From: an uncultured Gammaproteobacteria bacterium
GTDB lineage: Bacteria > Pseudomonadota > Gammaproteobacteria > Arenicellales > JAANXG01
Length of the DNA: 64,000 nucleotides
Direction: 5' to 3'
Assembly (NCBI GenBank): GCA_945787105.1
Contig: CALZGZ010000105.1
Span: 19,730-83,729, forward strand
Both the position numbers and the translations under genes were made by a program. Within the stretch, counting starts at the first letter, position 1. The number at the start of each line of letters is the position of its first letter. Positions 29,236-39,078 of this stretch are shown piece after piece. The notes under the pieces are model-generated. The model was not told the origin of the DNA. It was given only the letters and a program-made list of their open reading frames with translations, and did no database searches.

Positions 29236-29881
29236 GGGTCCAGGGTTGCTGCTGTATCGCCACGGTGAACACCTGAGTCGCTGCACTTTCCATGGTGTGA
29301 GCGGTTTTTTGTACGATGCGTTCCAACCAGTTGAGCACTGCTAGCACCGGTATTGCAATCGCAAGCCCGGCGGCGGTGGTCAACAATGCCTCCCATATGC
29401 CGCCCGACAGAATAGAGGCGTTGATGCGATTTCCCGCCTGCTCGAGTTGTTGGAAGGCGTCGATCATGCCGAGAACCGTGCCTAACAGACCCAGCAAGGG
29501 ACTCAAGGCTGCGATAACCTCGAGCCCCCGCAAATACGAACGAAGTTGTTCCAGATGTTCAGTCGCCACGCGATCTACCTCTTCGCGTATTAGGTGTTCA
29601 TCGAGATCTCGTCGTTGCCTTCCCTCGATAGCGACTTCGAGCACTCTGGCCACCGGGCTTCGGCGCCTACTCAATACGTGTATTGCGTCTTGAATTCTTC
29701 CGGAACGATAGTGGTTTAGTACAAGAGGAACAAATCCCTGGTCTCTGACACGAAGAAGCGCGAACTGCAAAAACTTGATCAAGATGATGGCGAGCGCAAT
29801 GGTTGAGAGCACAAACAAAACCACCAAGACTGGGCCGCCCAGTCTAAGTGCTTCGATCGCTTTTGTGAAAAGTTCCTCCAT
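29189..29881 (-). CDS. exbB: MotA/TolQ/ExbB proton channel protein
   Basis: 230 aa with three TM segments and family motif 'LSPLLGLLGTVLGMIDAF'. Confidence 0.85.
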   Translation of the reverse strand: MEELFTKAIEALRLGGPVLVVLFVLSTIALAIILIKFLQFALLRVRDQGFVPLVLNHYRSGRIQDAIHVLSRRRSPVARVLEVAIEGRQRRDLDEHLIREEVDRVATEHLEQLRSYLRGLEVIAALSPLLGLLGTVLGMIDAFQQLEQAGNRINASILSGGIWEALLTTAAGLAIAIPVLAVLNWLERIVQKTAHTMESAATQVFTVAIQQQPWTHGIPNLHANTRQSVE

Positions 29882-29939
29882 TTGTTGAGTCTTTGTGGGG
29901 CGTTAGTGGACTATGCACGTGCCCTCGGTTCAATTCGGG

Positions 29940-30422
29940 TTACTTGAATAGAGGAACTTCGTTCTTCGAGCTGGCGGTGACCATTTCAATACAACCATCC
30001 ATCTTTTCACCAGCCGAATCCTGACAATTTATGACATCGTTCAATAAAATTCGGCCGATAGTTTCACATTTCAGGCCACTAATCTCGAACAATTTTACAC
30101 TGGTCTTGTCTTTCGGGAGTGGACCACCTTCAATTGCCAACCGTTTGCTAATTACTCCATCTAGTCCAAACATAACGAGATCCAATTTCAGCGACTGAAA
30201 TGCGCTCGCGGCTTTATTCTCAAATAATAAATAAGCTCGACATGCACCATCCGCTTCCTCCAGCTTGTTCAGTTCTATCTTGAGTCCATCTGCGCCAACG
30301 ACTGGTCCGGCCAACAAGGCAGTGACCAGAAAGACGGAGTAACCGATCAATTTACTCAACGAGTAGAATTTCGTTGCTCTTCGCTTTGATACGTATTGCG
30401 CATCGGTAATTTTCATTGACAT
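29940..30422 (-). CDS. hypothetical exported protein upstream of exbB
   Basis: 160 aa with a signal-like 'KLIGYSVFLVTALLAGPVVGA'. It lies in an AT-richer stretch, on the same strand as exbB and 58 nt upstream of it. No recognised family. Confidence 0.5.
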   Translation of the reverse strand: MSMKITDAQYVSKRRATKFYSLSKLIGYSVFLVTALLAGPVVGADGLKIELNKLEEADGACRAYLLFENKAASAFQSLKLDLVMFGLDGVISKRLAIEGGPLPKDKTSVKLFEISGLKCETIGRILLNDVINCQDSAGEKMDGCIEMVTASSKNEVPLFK

Positions 30423-30833
30423 ACGGACCTCGATCCCGCCGCGAATCCTGCCGAGGGGTTATTATACCCGTCAAATCCAAATACTCCCGTGGTTTCTCCG
30501 GCGATACCCGGCGACCACACAACGCTAATGGGAAATCCGGTTTCACCCCATCCAACACGCCGTCATCAAATCACGATGCGTGGTGCGGAAATTTTGCGAT
30601 TTCACAATGGTGATTTTGTCCCCCAAACCATACAATTTATACGGAACATCCGGTACAAGATAGCGACTATGCCCCACAAACCACACTCTTATCGCGCAAT
30701 CAATGCGTCGCGTGAACGAGTTGGCGGTGTTGGTCCACAGCAACCTCTCACGATGTAATTCGAGCAAAAGACGTATATATTTCAAGCCCAATCCGGTACC
30801 GGCATCTTGCACCGAACTAGTTGGAGCATGCAC

Positions 30834-31322
30834 ATGAAGAAACTCATTTTATCCTTTTTTGTGGGCGGTGTTCTTGGTGGTGTTGCCGGGTTTGCCGTTG
30901 GCATCTTCGTGTATCCGTACATCTTTCTCGCCGATATTGTTGCGGATGAGAGAATCGGTAATGTCGAAAGTAAACAAAAGGTGGCAATTGGAGAATTCAT
31001 ACATGCCAACCCGATCGATCCAGTTCACTATGGTGGTGGTAAGACCTCGGTGTACAAGGATATCGTCCACTTAGAACAAGATTTTGAAGTGGGCCCGGGG
31101 CCCGCCTATCACGTCTACCTCGTGCCGGGCGATGGGGATGTTACCCCCGACACGGATGTAGCCGCGACGATGTTTGTTGATCTCGGGCGGTTGCGCGCGT
31201 TCAAGGGAAGTCAAATCTACCCGATCCCCCAGGGGGTCGACGTCAAGAAATACGGCAGTGTTGTGATTTGGTGTGAACATTTTGGCGTGTTGATTTCTCC
31301 CGCCAAGCTCGTGTATCGGTGA
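30834..31322 (+). CDS. DM13 domain-containing membrane-anchored protein
   Basis: The start 'MKKLILSFFVGGVLGGVAGFAV' gives an N-terminal TM. After it, 'GEFIHANPIDPVHYGGGKTSVY...GPGPAYHVYLV...SVVIWCEHFGVLISPA' resembles the DM13 fold pattern. This is a recognition-level call. Confidence 0.55.
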   Translation: MKKLILSFFVGGVLGGVAGFAVGIFVYPYIFLADIVADERIGNVESKQKVAIGEFIHANPIDPVHYGGGKTSVYKDIVHLEQDFEVGPGPAYHVYLVPGDGDVTPDTDVAATMFVDLGRLRAFKGSQIYPIPQGVDVKKYGSVVIWCEHFGVLISPAKLVYR

Positions 31323-31344
31323 GCGCACAAAATCCCAAGTTTGT

Positions 31345-32562
31345 TTGCACCGCTGTCATATTACGCATACGACTTTTGTCGTTGCTGCGTTGACGACATC
31401 TAGATCCATTATTCATGTTGACATGGATGCGTTTTATGCGTCTGTGGAGATTCGTGACCGGCCGGAGCTTAAGGGCAAACCGGTACTGGTCGGAGGGTCT
31501 CCGCGTGGCCGCGGTGTGGTGGCCGCAGCGAGTTATGAGGCGCGTCAATTCGGTATCCACAGCGCCATGCCTGCCAGTCGTGCTCAGCGGTTGTGTCCAC
31601 ACGCGATATTTCTCAAACCGCGCCATGATTATTACGCTGAAATATCAAGGCAAATCCGGGACATTCTTGATCGCTATACCCCATTGGTGGAACCGTTGGC
31701 GCTGGACGAGGCGTTTTTAGATGTTACCGCCAGTCGCAATCTGTGGGGGGAGGGCCCCAACATTGGGCGCGCCATCAAGCACGAGATCCGTGAAGAGTTG
31801 AGATTGGTCGCCTCGGTGGGCGTGGCACCCAACAAGTTTTTAGCCAAACTCGCCAGCGATTTCGACAAGCCCGACGGCTTTGTAGTGATTCCGGCCGAAC
31901 ATGTGCAAGACTTTCTGGATCCCTTGCCCATCTCCCGGCTTTGGGGGGTAGGCAAGTCTACCGACCGCGCGCTAACCGAACTTGGTATCGCCACGATCGC
32001 ACAACTACGAGGACTTCCGCGGAAAATATTGGAACGGCGATTGGGTGAGTGGGGTCATCAATTTTGGCAACTCGCACACGGTGTAGACAACCGGCTTGTG
32101 GTCAGCGATCGCGAGGCCAAGTCGATCTCACACGAGACTACCTTTGAGCGGGACATTAACGATGTCGATACCCTCAAGTCGGTGTTGCTGGAGCTGACCG
32201 AGCAGGTCGCTCACCGTTTGCGCAGCCACCAACGCCGCGCGCGAACCGTCGAAATCAAGGTTCGATTTGCTGACTTTACTACCATCACACGTTCCAAGCG
32301 CCTGATACAAAGCACCGATGTAACTACACATTTTTGGCACACGGCAGAAAGATTGTTGGTTAAAGCATTACAGAATTCATCTCTTGCAGTCCGTTTATTG
32401 GGTATCGGAGTCAGCACGTTTGATCATGACTTAGATCCGCAGTTCGAACTTTTCAAGGATATTGCCGAGAAAAAGCAATCGAAATTGGATAGTGTTGCTG
32501 ATCAAATCCAGGATCGGTTTGGGATCGGGACGATCCACCGAGGTTGGAGGTCTAGGGATTGA
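31345..32562 (+). CDS. dinB: DNA polymerase IV (Y-family)
   Basis: 'IIHVDMDAFYASVEIRDRPELKGKPVLVGG', 'ALDEAFLDVT', 'ASVGVAPNKFLAKLASD'. The true start may be a TTG near 31389. Confidence 0.85.
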   Translation: MHRCHITHTTFVVAALTTSRSIIHVDMDAFYASVEIRDRPELKGKPVLVGGSPRGRGVVAAASYEARQFGIHSAMPASRAQRLCPHAIFLKPRHDYYAEISRQIRDILDRYTPLVEPLALDEAFLDVTASRNLWGEGPNIGRAIKHEIREELRLVASVGVAPNKFLAKLASDFDKPDGFVVIPAEHVQDFLDPLPISRLWGVGKSTDRALTELGIATIAQLRGLPRKILERRLGEWGHQFWQLAHGVDNRLVVSDREAKSISHETTFERDINDVDTLKSVLLELTEQVAHRLRSHQRRARTVEIKVRFADFTTITRSKRLIQSTDVTTHFWHTAERLLVKALQNSSLAVRLLGIGVSTFDHDLDPQFELFKDIAEKKQSKLDSVADQIQDRFGIGTIHRGWRSRD

Positions 32563-32618
32563 GATGTGTGTGATTATTCGCGGCTTGTGTTCATAGCCCC
32601 ATGCATGAGTAAGTATCG

Positions 32619-34250
32619 TTGATGAAAAGCATCTATCACTGGATCGACCGGAATATCCTTGAGCTTGGGCGGGAGATGCGTCTGGCCTATCTGCCGCCAC
32701 TGATGGTGTATGTGGCGGCCGGTGTTTCGGGGCTCACTGGAATTGTCGGCACATTCTTCGTCAAGGATTATCTCGGCTTGTCTGCCACATTTCTCGCTGC
32801 CTTGGGATTTTGGGCCGGGATCCCCTGGGCGCTCAAGATGCCTTTGGGGCATCTAGTGGATCTGTTCTGGCGTTGGAAGTCGGCGCTGGTCTTTCTCGGC
32901 GCGACCCTCATCGCGCTGAGTCTTGTGATCATGATTGGTCTGCTCGGGTACCCCGATTTTATGCGCGAACTCCTGCCGGTAGATGCCTGGTACGTCGTCA
33001 GCGCGTTATTGGCGCCGGTAGGTTATGTGATTCAGGATGTGGTCGCGGATGCCATGACCGTGGAGGCGGTCCCGCGGGTAGATGACGAGGGGAAACCGAT
33101 TGATAGCGAGACCCGCCGCCTCATGCACACCACCATGCAGACTTTAGGGCGCGTGGCCATTATTGGCGGTAGTGTACTGGTGGCGGTGGTGAATATTGTG
33201 ATGTTTCAGGGTGCGGTGTCGTTGCCGGAGGCCGAGAAAGTTGACATATACCAGATGATCTACTCCCTGGCGTTGGCAATTCCGGTGATATCCGTATTGG
33301 GTGTGGTGCTCAGCGAAATGCTCAAGATCCGGGATGCCCGCCGTCTGCGACTCAAGGGGTTTGGCAAACAGGAAGTCAAGCTGATGCTCAAGGCGCAAAC
33401 CGAAGCGCCAGAGCCCAATTGGTGGATACTAGGCGGCAGTTTGCTGTTTGTGGTGTTCACTCTCTCGATCGGGCTGAGCGGTGTCTCCTACAACCAGGAA
33501 ATTATTTTCGCCGGATCGATGATCATTGTGTTGTTTCTGATCAATCGCCTGATTCGGTCCCTGGATAAAGATGCGCGTAGAATCCTGGTCGGCACTGCAT
33601 TGCTGGTGTTTGTGTTCCGGGCATTACCGAGTCCCGGCGCCGGATCCACATGGTGGATGATTGACGAGTTGAAGTTTGACCAACAGTTCCTCTCTGTTTT
33701 GTCCCTAATTGGTGGCAGCCTGACATTGCTGGGCATGTTTATATTTCGGCGATTTATGGCCGAACGATCGATGGCCTATATCATCGGCTTTCTAACGGTT
33801 GCCGGCACCACACTCTCGTTGCCAATTCTAGGGATGTTCTATGGTCTGCACGAGTGGACCGCCGCCCATACCAACGGTGTGGTCGACGCGCGATTCATTG
33901 CTCTGGTGGACACGGCGCTGGAGTCGCCACTGGGGCAGATCGCGATGATCCCAATGCTGGCTTGGATCGCTCACTCTGCGCCGTCTGATCTCAAGGCGAC
34001 CTTTTTTGCAGTGATGGCTTCGTTCACTAATTTGGCGCTGTCGTTGAGTCAGCTCGGCACCAAATACCTGAACCAGTTATTCAACATCACGCGTGAAGTC
34101 AAAGATCCTGCGGGGGCGATTATAATCCCGGCGGACTACGGTGATCTGGGCATGCTGCTGATCACGGTTTCGATCATCGGCTTCGCGCTACCGGTGCTCA
34201 CCATCGTGTTCGTGAAAATCAGCCCCCTCAAAGGAGTAGGGGATAAATGA
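32619..34250 (+). CDS. MFS-type membrane transporter (folate-biopterin transporter BT1-like)
   Basis: 543-aa polytopic ORF. 'GIPWALKMPLGHLVDLFWRWK' resembles the BT1 'PW.iKpl.G..sD' motif. The substrate is unknown. Confidence 0.55.
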   Translation: MMKSIYHWIDRNILELGREMRLAYLPPLMVYVAAGVSGLTGIVGTFFVKDYLGLSATFLAALGFWAGIPWALKMPLGHLVDLFWRWKSALVFLGATLIALSLVIMIGLLGYPDFMRELLPVDAWYVVSALLAPVGYVIQDVVADAMTVEAVPRVDDEGKPIDSETRRLMHTTMQTLGRVAIIGGSVLVAVVNIVMFQGAVSLPEAEKVDIYQMIYSLALAIPVISVLGVVLSEMLKIRDARRLRLKGFGKQEVKLMLKAQTEAPEPNWWILGGSLLFVVFTLSIGLSGVSYNQEIIFAGSMIIVLFLINRLIRSLDKDARRILVGTALLVFVFRALPSPGAGSTWWMIDELKFDQQFLSVLSLIGGSLTLLGMFIFRRFMAERSMAYIIGFLTVAGTTLSLPILGMFYGLHEWTAAHTNGVVDARFIALVDTALESPLGQIAMIPMLAWIAHSAPSDLKATFFAVMASFTNLALSLSQLGTKYLNQLFNITREVKDPAGAIIIPADYGDLGMLLITVSIIGFALPVLTIVFVKISPLKGVGDK

Positions 34251-34255
34251 AACGC

Positions 34256-34744
34256 CTAAATCTCATTGTCGTTGGTGAGCAGGATCAGTCCCTGACGATC
34301 CGTGGTGTTCGGTAAGCCAACGGCCAAAGTTCCGTGGGGATAGATGGCAAGAATCTGGAGAAATTCCCGGGTTATGTTTCCATTGGTATACCCCTGAAGC
34401 TCGATGGCACATGTTCCATCCCTTTCTCGATTGCTGACCCAAGCCAGCAGGTAGGCAAGTCTCGCAGGATCGTTGTTAGTGGTGACTTGGAAAAAATCCG
34501 GCGAGCCTTGGATGCGGACGAAGGTTATTTCAGTGGTATTGGAGGTAATGAAATTCGATATCGAGATTTCCTGCTGGTCGGGTAGGTCATTAAACATCCG
34601 CGTCTTGAGCAGATACATGTTGTCTATTTTTAGATTTTTGGTTCCCTCTAAGGGAATGTTTTGACACGTGAACAGCAGCGCGTGTCCGTCCAGTGTCCAT
34701 GCCATCGCGAATAAAAACATCAAAGACCCTAACTTTTTTTGCAT
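34256..34744 (-). CDS. hypothetical secreted protein
   Basis: Signal peptide 'MQKKLGSLMFLFAMAWTLDGHA', in an AT-rich island. No recognised family. Confidence 0.5.
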   Translation of the reverse strand: MQKKLGSLMFLFAMAWTLDGHALLFTCQNIPLEGTKNLKIDNMYLLKTRMFNDLPDQQEISISNFITSNTTEITFVRIQGSPDFFQVTTNNDPARLAYLLAWVSNRERDGTCAIELQGYTNGNITREFLQILAIYPHGTLAVGLPNTTDRQGLILLTNDNEI

Positions 34745-35034
34745 CGAACTTACCCCGTTGAGCATCTAAATCTAAGTGTAGCGGAGTAGCCCTTGTGGGA
34801 CTCCGAGCAGCAGGCGCTGCGGGTATAGACCGCGCGATTTGGCTATTGTTTCTTTGCCGCCCCGGCAGGTCCGGCGCACCGCCGATTATCGGCGAAACAT
34901 GCCGGTGGCAGTCCATGATCCGGGCACGAAGCCTAAACTACCATACCGATCGGACGGGAATTGCAAAGTCGCCGAGTCACCCATGAGGCTGGTGGGCGTA
35001 TTTTGATGTAGCGCAAACACAGCGCCGCGTAGGC

Positions 35035-36780
35035 ATGTATGATCGCCTGATGAACCATACACGAGAACTCAATTCGCGATCCATGGCGTTGATAGGCTCG
35101 GGCGGCGCCGGCGTCGTGACCGTGGGCAACCTGTTATTGGAGGCGGCTGCCGTTGATGGAAGTTATGGGCTGATGCGGCGTTCCGCAGGCCCGCAGATAC
35201 GCGGCGGCGAATCCGCGGCGTTGTTGCGCTTCGCTGATACGCCGGTGGAATACGCCGGCGACTATTACCAGCTATTGATCGCCTTCGATTGGCGGCATGC
35301 AGAGCGATTTATCGACGAGATTCGCCTCGCTGCCTCCAGTTGCGTATTACATGATCCGGCGGGCGGTGATGTCCCAGAGCCAATCGTGCATACCGGTGCC
35401 CGTTTGATTCCCATTGAGATGCAAACCCAGGCGAGGGAAATCGAATGTGGCCGTGCCAATATGATTGCCCTGGGTCTGGTGTCTTCAATCACCGGGCTGA
35501 AGCTCGAAACCATATCCAGCACCGTAAGTCGCTCACTGTCCGCTAAGGGTGAGAACGTGATAGCCGGCGCTTGTGCCTGCCTTGAACGCGGTGCCAACAT
35601 GGGTCAGTCGTTAGGCATTGAGCTGCCGCTACCGATTGCCCACGTTGGCACTGAGGATCGCTGGACCATCACCGGTAATCAGGCGTGCGGTTTGGGCGCG
35701 TTAAAAGGCGGAGTGCGTTTCGTGGCTGGTTATCCGATCACCCCGGCGAGCGAGATGTTGGAATGGCTGGCGCCAAGACTCGCAAAGATGGGCGGGTGTC
35801 TGATCCAGGCCGAGGACGAACTGGCATCGGTGAACATGATCCTGGGCGCTTCCTACGGTGGTGTCCCGGCGATGACCGTTACCTCTGGCCCCGGGTTGGC
35901 GTTGATGACCGAGGGAATCGGTCTGGCGGTTGCCAGTGAAACGCCGATTGTGGTGATCGACGTCATGCGCGGCGGGCCGTCTACCGGCATCCCCACCAAG
36001 TCGGAACAAACTGATCTCAACATCGCGCTGTATGGTATGCACGGCGAGGCGCCGCATGTGGTCGTCGCGCCCGTTTCGATACCGGACAGCGTGTTCACCA
36101 CGCAATGGGCGGTGCATCTGGCGGAGTCTTTGCAAACCGCGGTGATCGTATTAAGCGATCAGCAATTGGCCCAGTCCCGTATGGTCGTGAACCGTCCGCC
36201 GGATATCGGCTTTGTCACCCGCCGGGTTACCGCTCAAGCCGGGGTCGAAAATTATCGACGCTACGCGCTGCGTGCCGACGGTGTGTCGGCGATGGCGATC
36301 CCCGGAACGATCGGCGTGAACTATACCGCCGATGGTCTCGAGCATGATGAACGCGGCACGCCGTCGACCGGATCCCACGATCACCTGCGGCAACTTAATA
36401 AACGCGCAACCAAATTGACCGGTTTCGATTATGGCGATCATTGGGCCGACATCGAGGGCGACGGGACGATTGCAGTCGTAACCTGGGGTTCGTGTACCGG
36501 TGCCGTCAAGGAGGCCATCCGCAGAGTCGGTGAGCAGGGTGTGCCGGTGCGCTTGATCGCCCTGCGACTGTTGGCGCCGCTATGTAAGCAACAACTAAAC
36601 CAAGCACTCGAGGGTGTAGAGCGCGTACTGGTGGTCGAGCAGACATTTTCGCGACAGTTCTATCATTACTTGCGTTCACAGGTTGATCTCCCCAAGTTCA
36701 CCGAAAGTCTGGCACGCCCGGGACCGTTGCCTCTGGCAGCAAGTGAGATCAGCGCAATGTTGTTAGTGGACGGGGCGTGA
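35035..36780 (+). CDS. korA: 2-oxoacid:ferredoxin oxidoreductase alpha subunit (fused gamma-alpha, KorA-type)
   Basis: The N-terminal gamma-like domain has 'GSGGAGVVTVGNLL...GPQIRGGES'. The alpha domain has 'GNQACGLGALKGGVRFVAGYPITPASEM'. The start may be at M17 (35083). Confidence 0.8.
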   Translation: MYDRLMNHTRELNSRSMALIGSGGAGVVTVGNLLLEAAAVDGSYGLMRRSAGPQIRGGESAALLRFADTPVEYAGDYYQLLIAFDWRHAERFIDEIRLAASSCVLHDPAGGDVPEPIVHTGARLIPIEMQTQAREIECGRANMIALGLVSSITGLKLETISSTVSRSLSAKGENVIAGACACLERGANMGQSLGIELPLPIAHVGTEDRWTITGNQACGLGALKGGVRFVAGYPITPASEMLEWLAPRLAKMGGCLIQAEDELASVNMILGASYGGVPAMTVTSGPGLALMTEGIGLAVASETPIVVIDVMRGGPSTGIPTKSEQTDLNIALYGMHGEAPHVVVAPVSIPDSVFTTQWAVHLAESLQTAVIVLSDQQLAQSRMVVNRPPDIGFVTRRVTAQAGVENYRRYALRADGVSAMAIPGTIGVNYTADGLEHDERGTPSTGSHDHLRQLNKRATKLTGFDYGDHWADIEGDGTIAVVTWGSCTGAVKEAIRRVGEQGVPVRLIALRLLAPLCKQQLNQALEGVERVLVVEQTFSRQFYHYLRSQVDLPKFTESLARPGPLPLAASEISAMLLVDGA

Positions 36781-37616
36781 TGAATCCGCTATCCGACAAA
36801 ATTGAACCCAAGGACTACAAATCGGACGTGAAGCCGGTGTGGTGTCCGGGATGCGGCGATTTCGGGGTTCTAAACGCCATTACCAAGGCGTTGGCCTCGT
36901 TACGGCTGGCACCGGAACAGGTGGCGTTGATTTCCGGAATAGGGTGCTCGTCACGAGTGCCCGCCTACACCAACGTATATGGATTCCACGGTATTCATGG
37001 CCGCGCCTTGGCACTCGGCGCGGGCTTGAAGGCGGCAAGGCCGGATCTACACATAGTGGTGGCCGGTGGTGACGGTGACGGCTTCTCTATTGGCGGCAAC
37101 CATTTTCTGCATGCGTGCCGGCGCAATATGGACATGACTTATATCGTTATGGACAACGAAGTGTATGGCATGACCAAAGGCCAAGCGTCTCCGACCACGG
37201 CGCCGGATTGGACGGAAAGCGAACTCACGCCATCCGGTACCCACGCACGACCTTTCCAACCCGCTGCCATCGCCCTGGCGGCCGGCGCCACCTTCATCGC
37301 GCGCGCCTTCTCGGGTAAACCCAATACCTTGGCGCAGATGGTGGTGCTCGCGATGCAACATCCGGGCTTCGCGTTCATCCAGGTGTTGAGTCCCTGTCCC
37401 ACTTTTCGCCCCGAACAAAAAGAGTGGAAAAACATCGTGCGGCCGTTCGCCGTGGATGCGTTGCCAACGAGCGATCCGGCCCTGGCTGCTCTGCATTGTC
37501 AACGCGACGATGGGATGTCTACCGGTGTCATCTACGTTGAGGCCAGACCGGTATGGAAACGTAGCGACATGCAGGAGATTGCAATCGACGATATCGAGCA
37601 GGAGTTCCGTATATGA
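36777..37616 (+). CDS. korB: 2-oxoacid:ferredoxin oxidoreductase beta subunit (TPP-binding, KorB-type)
   Basis: 'WCPGCGDFGVLNAI', 'GGDGDGFSIGGNHF'. The GTGA/TGATG overlap with the korA stop lies at 36777-36782. Confidence 0.85.
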   Translation: MMNPLSDKIEPKDYKSDVKPVWCPGCGDFGVLNAITKALASLRLAPEQVALISGIGCSSRVPAYTNVYGFHGIHGRALALGAGLKAARPDLHIVVAGGDGDGFSIGGNHFLHACRRNMDMTYIVMDNEVYGMTKGQASPTTAPDWTESELTPSGTHARPFQPAAIALAAGATFIARAFSGKPNTLAQMVVLAMQHPGFAFIQVLSPCPTFRPEQKEWKNIVRPFAVDALPTSDPALAALHCQRDDGMSTGVIYVEARPVWKRSDMQEIAIDDIEQEFRI

Positions 37617-38131
37617 CCAACCCGCAAGAAATCGCGACCAAGGCGGAGTTCCTGGCGCACGCGTTCGCCTTGGAACAGGAGTCCGTGGACCGGTACGAGG
37701 AACTTGCCGACGCGATGGATACACACAATAACCTGGAGGTCGCGGGTCTATTTCGCAAGATGGCGGAATTCGGGCGCAAGCATGCGGTCGAGGTCGAGCG
37801 CTTGGCGGCCGGCAGCGACCTGCCGACGCTGGAACCGTGGGATTTCAAATGGGCGGACGATGAAGGGCCGGAGACTGGTGATTACGCGGATATCGATTAC
37901 ATGATGACGCCGGTGCAGGCACTGCAGTTCGCACTTGCCAACGAGAAACGTAGCCGTGATTTCTATGGGCTGGTAGCGTCGCACTCGCCGAATCAGACGG
38001 TGCGTGAATTGGCAGGCGAATTTACCCAGGAAGAAGCGGAACACGTCACCCTGTTGGAACGTTGGATTGCACGCCACGATTCCGATACCACGATAGCGGA
38101 CGATCTTGATCCCCCCAACATCGTGGACTAA
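37613..38131 (+). CDS. ferritin-like/rubrerythrin-like four-helix-bundle protein
   Basis: 172 aa, acidic and helical, with 'FTQEEAEHVTLLE' (ExxH) and 'ALANEKRSRDFY'. An ATGA overlap with the korB stop lies at 37613-37616. Confidence 0.6.
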   Translation: MTNPQEIATKAEFLAHAFALEQESVDRYEELADAMDTHNNLEVAGLFRKMAEFGRKHAVEVERLAAGSDLPTLEPWDFKWADDEGPETGDYADIDYMMTPVQALQFALANEKRSRDFYGLVASHSPNQTVRELAGEFTQEEAEHVTLLERWIARHDSDTTIADDLDPPNIVD

Positions 38132-38157
38132 ACGAGGTCAGACTCCGCCACGTGGTC

Positions 38158-39000
38158 CTAATTTGCCACCGATCCGTTAATGGCGTGGGCGCGAGTACGT
38201 AGCGCGGCAAATCCCGGATACTGAACGGCTTCGAGTACATATTTCTCCACGCTGTCGCGCCACGGCTCGCCTGTTTGCATGCGCGCGAGCAAAGTGTCCG
38301 CGTCGATCACCCGCGACCCGCCGACCGCGTGCACCCCCCTTACGAACAATGGGTCCGGCAGGCAGCCGGCCGAAGGCCCGATGACGGTGATCCATGTCGC
38401 GTCAGCGCAGTGGGGCAAGATATCGTCGATGGTATCGTTCAGCAGCGTGGCCGCGGTGCACAGGATCTTGTTACAGGTGTTGAGTTGCGCCGCGTCGAGG
38501 GTCACCTGAAAATTGATCTCCGATTGCATCAGTTCGGTCCGTTGTTCGATGACCGTCAACGGAATCCCGCGCTGACGCAGGTGATCGACGAGGGTCGGGA
38601 ACAGGCCGACCATACCCACGTGATCCTGCGGCTTAAAGTCCATGCCGCGCTGGCTCGGCGTCTTGTAACCCGCGCGCTTCAGAAAATGCTGGGTGATTGC
38701 ACTGATCGCGCCGAAGGCCAGGCCGCGCCGCCCGGCATCGTGGGAATTCAATTCACGGGCCAACGCCCACGCCGGTGAACCGGTCGTGGTTTCCTTGGTT
38801 GCCGCGCGCAGACGGGTAAGCGATTCTTCCTGGGATACATAGAACAGGCCCGCGCTGCCGTCGTCGAGGACTACCAAACCAAAGTCGGCGTGTGCCTTAT
38901 CATGCCGCACCGGTGGCACATAGACACGACCCACACGTGGTAGCGTAAATTCATCGTGAATAGTTCGAGTCAATGCGAGAATTTCGGGTACGATACTCAT
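38158..39000 (-). CDS. DUF364/DUF4213-like (putative metal-chelation Rossmann-like) protein
   Basis: 280-aa ORF. The overall pattern ('VGMVGLFPTLVDHL...PLTVIEQ', 'ILCTAATLLNDTID') recalls DUF364. This is a recognition-level call only. Confidence 0.5.
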   Translation of the reverse strand: MSIVPEILALTRTIHDEFTLPRVGRVYVPPVRHDKAHADFGLVVLDDGSAGLFYVSQEESLTRLRAATKETTTGSPAWALARELNSHDAGRRGLAFGAISAITQHFLKRAGYKTPSQRGMDFKPQDHVGMVGLFPTLVDHLRQRGIPLTVIEQRTELMQSEINFQVTLDAAQLNTCNKILCTAATLLNDTIDDILPHCADATWITVIGPSAGCLPDPLFVRGVHAVGGSRVIDADTLLARMQTGEPWRDSVEKYVLEAVQYPGFAALRTRAHAINGSVAN

Positions 39001-39078
39001 TCCGATTGATTAAAGCCGGGTTCTGTATCTCGCGTCAAACCAGGGCACGGTGGAGCCGGTGACCTTTACATATTTGTC

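Noticed and set aside
30590-30615. 'TTCACAATGGTGATTTTG' upstream of the ton-operon region, considered as a possible Fur box.
   Set aside because: It only partly resembles the GATAATGATAATCATTATC consensus, with several mismatches and no clear dyad. It also sits about 170 nt upstream of the 160-aa gene's start (30422), with no evidence of function.
34880-34894. Perfect 7-1-7 palindrome CGCCGATTATCGGCG about 140 nt upstream of korA, considered as a possible operator.
   Set aside because: Perfect 7-bp-arm palindromes are expected by chance a few times in 64 kb (about 64000/4^7, or roughly 4). No second copy or known motif match was seen, so the evidence is insufficient.
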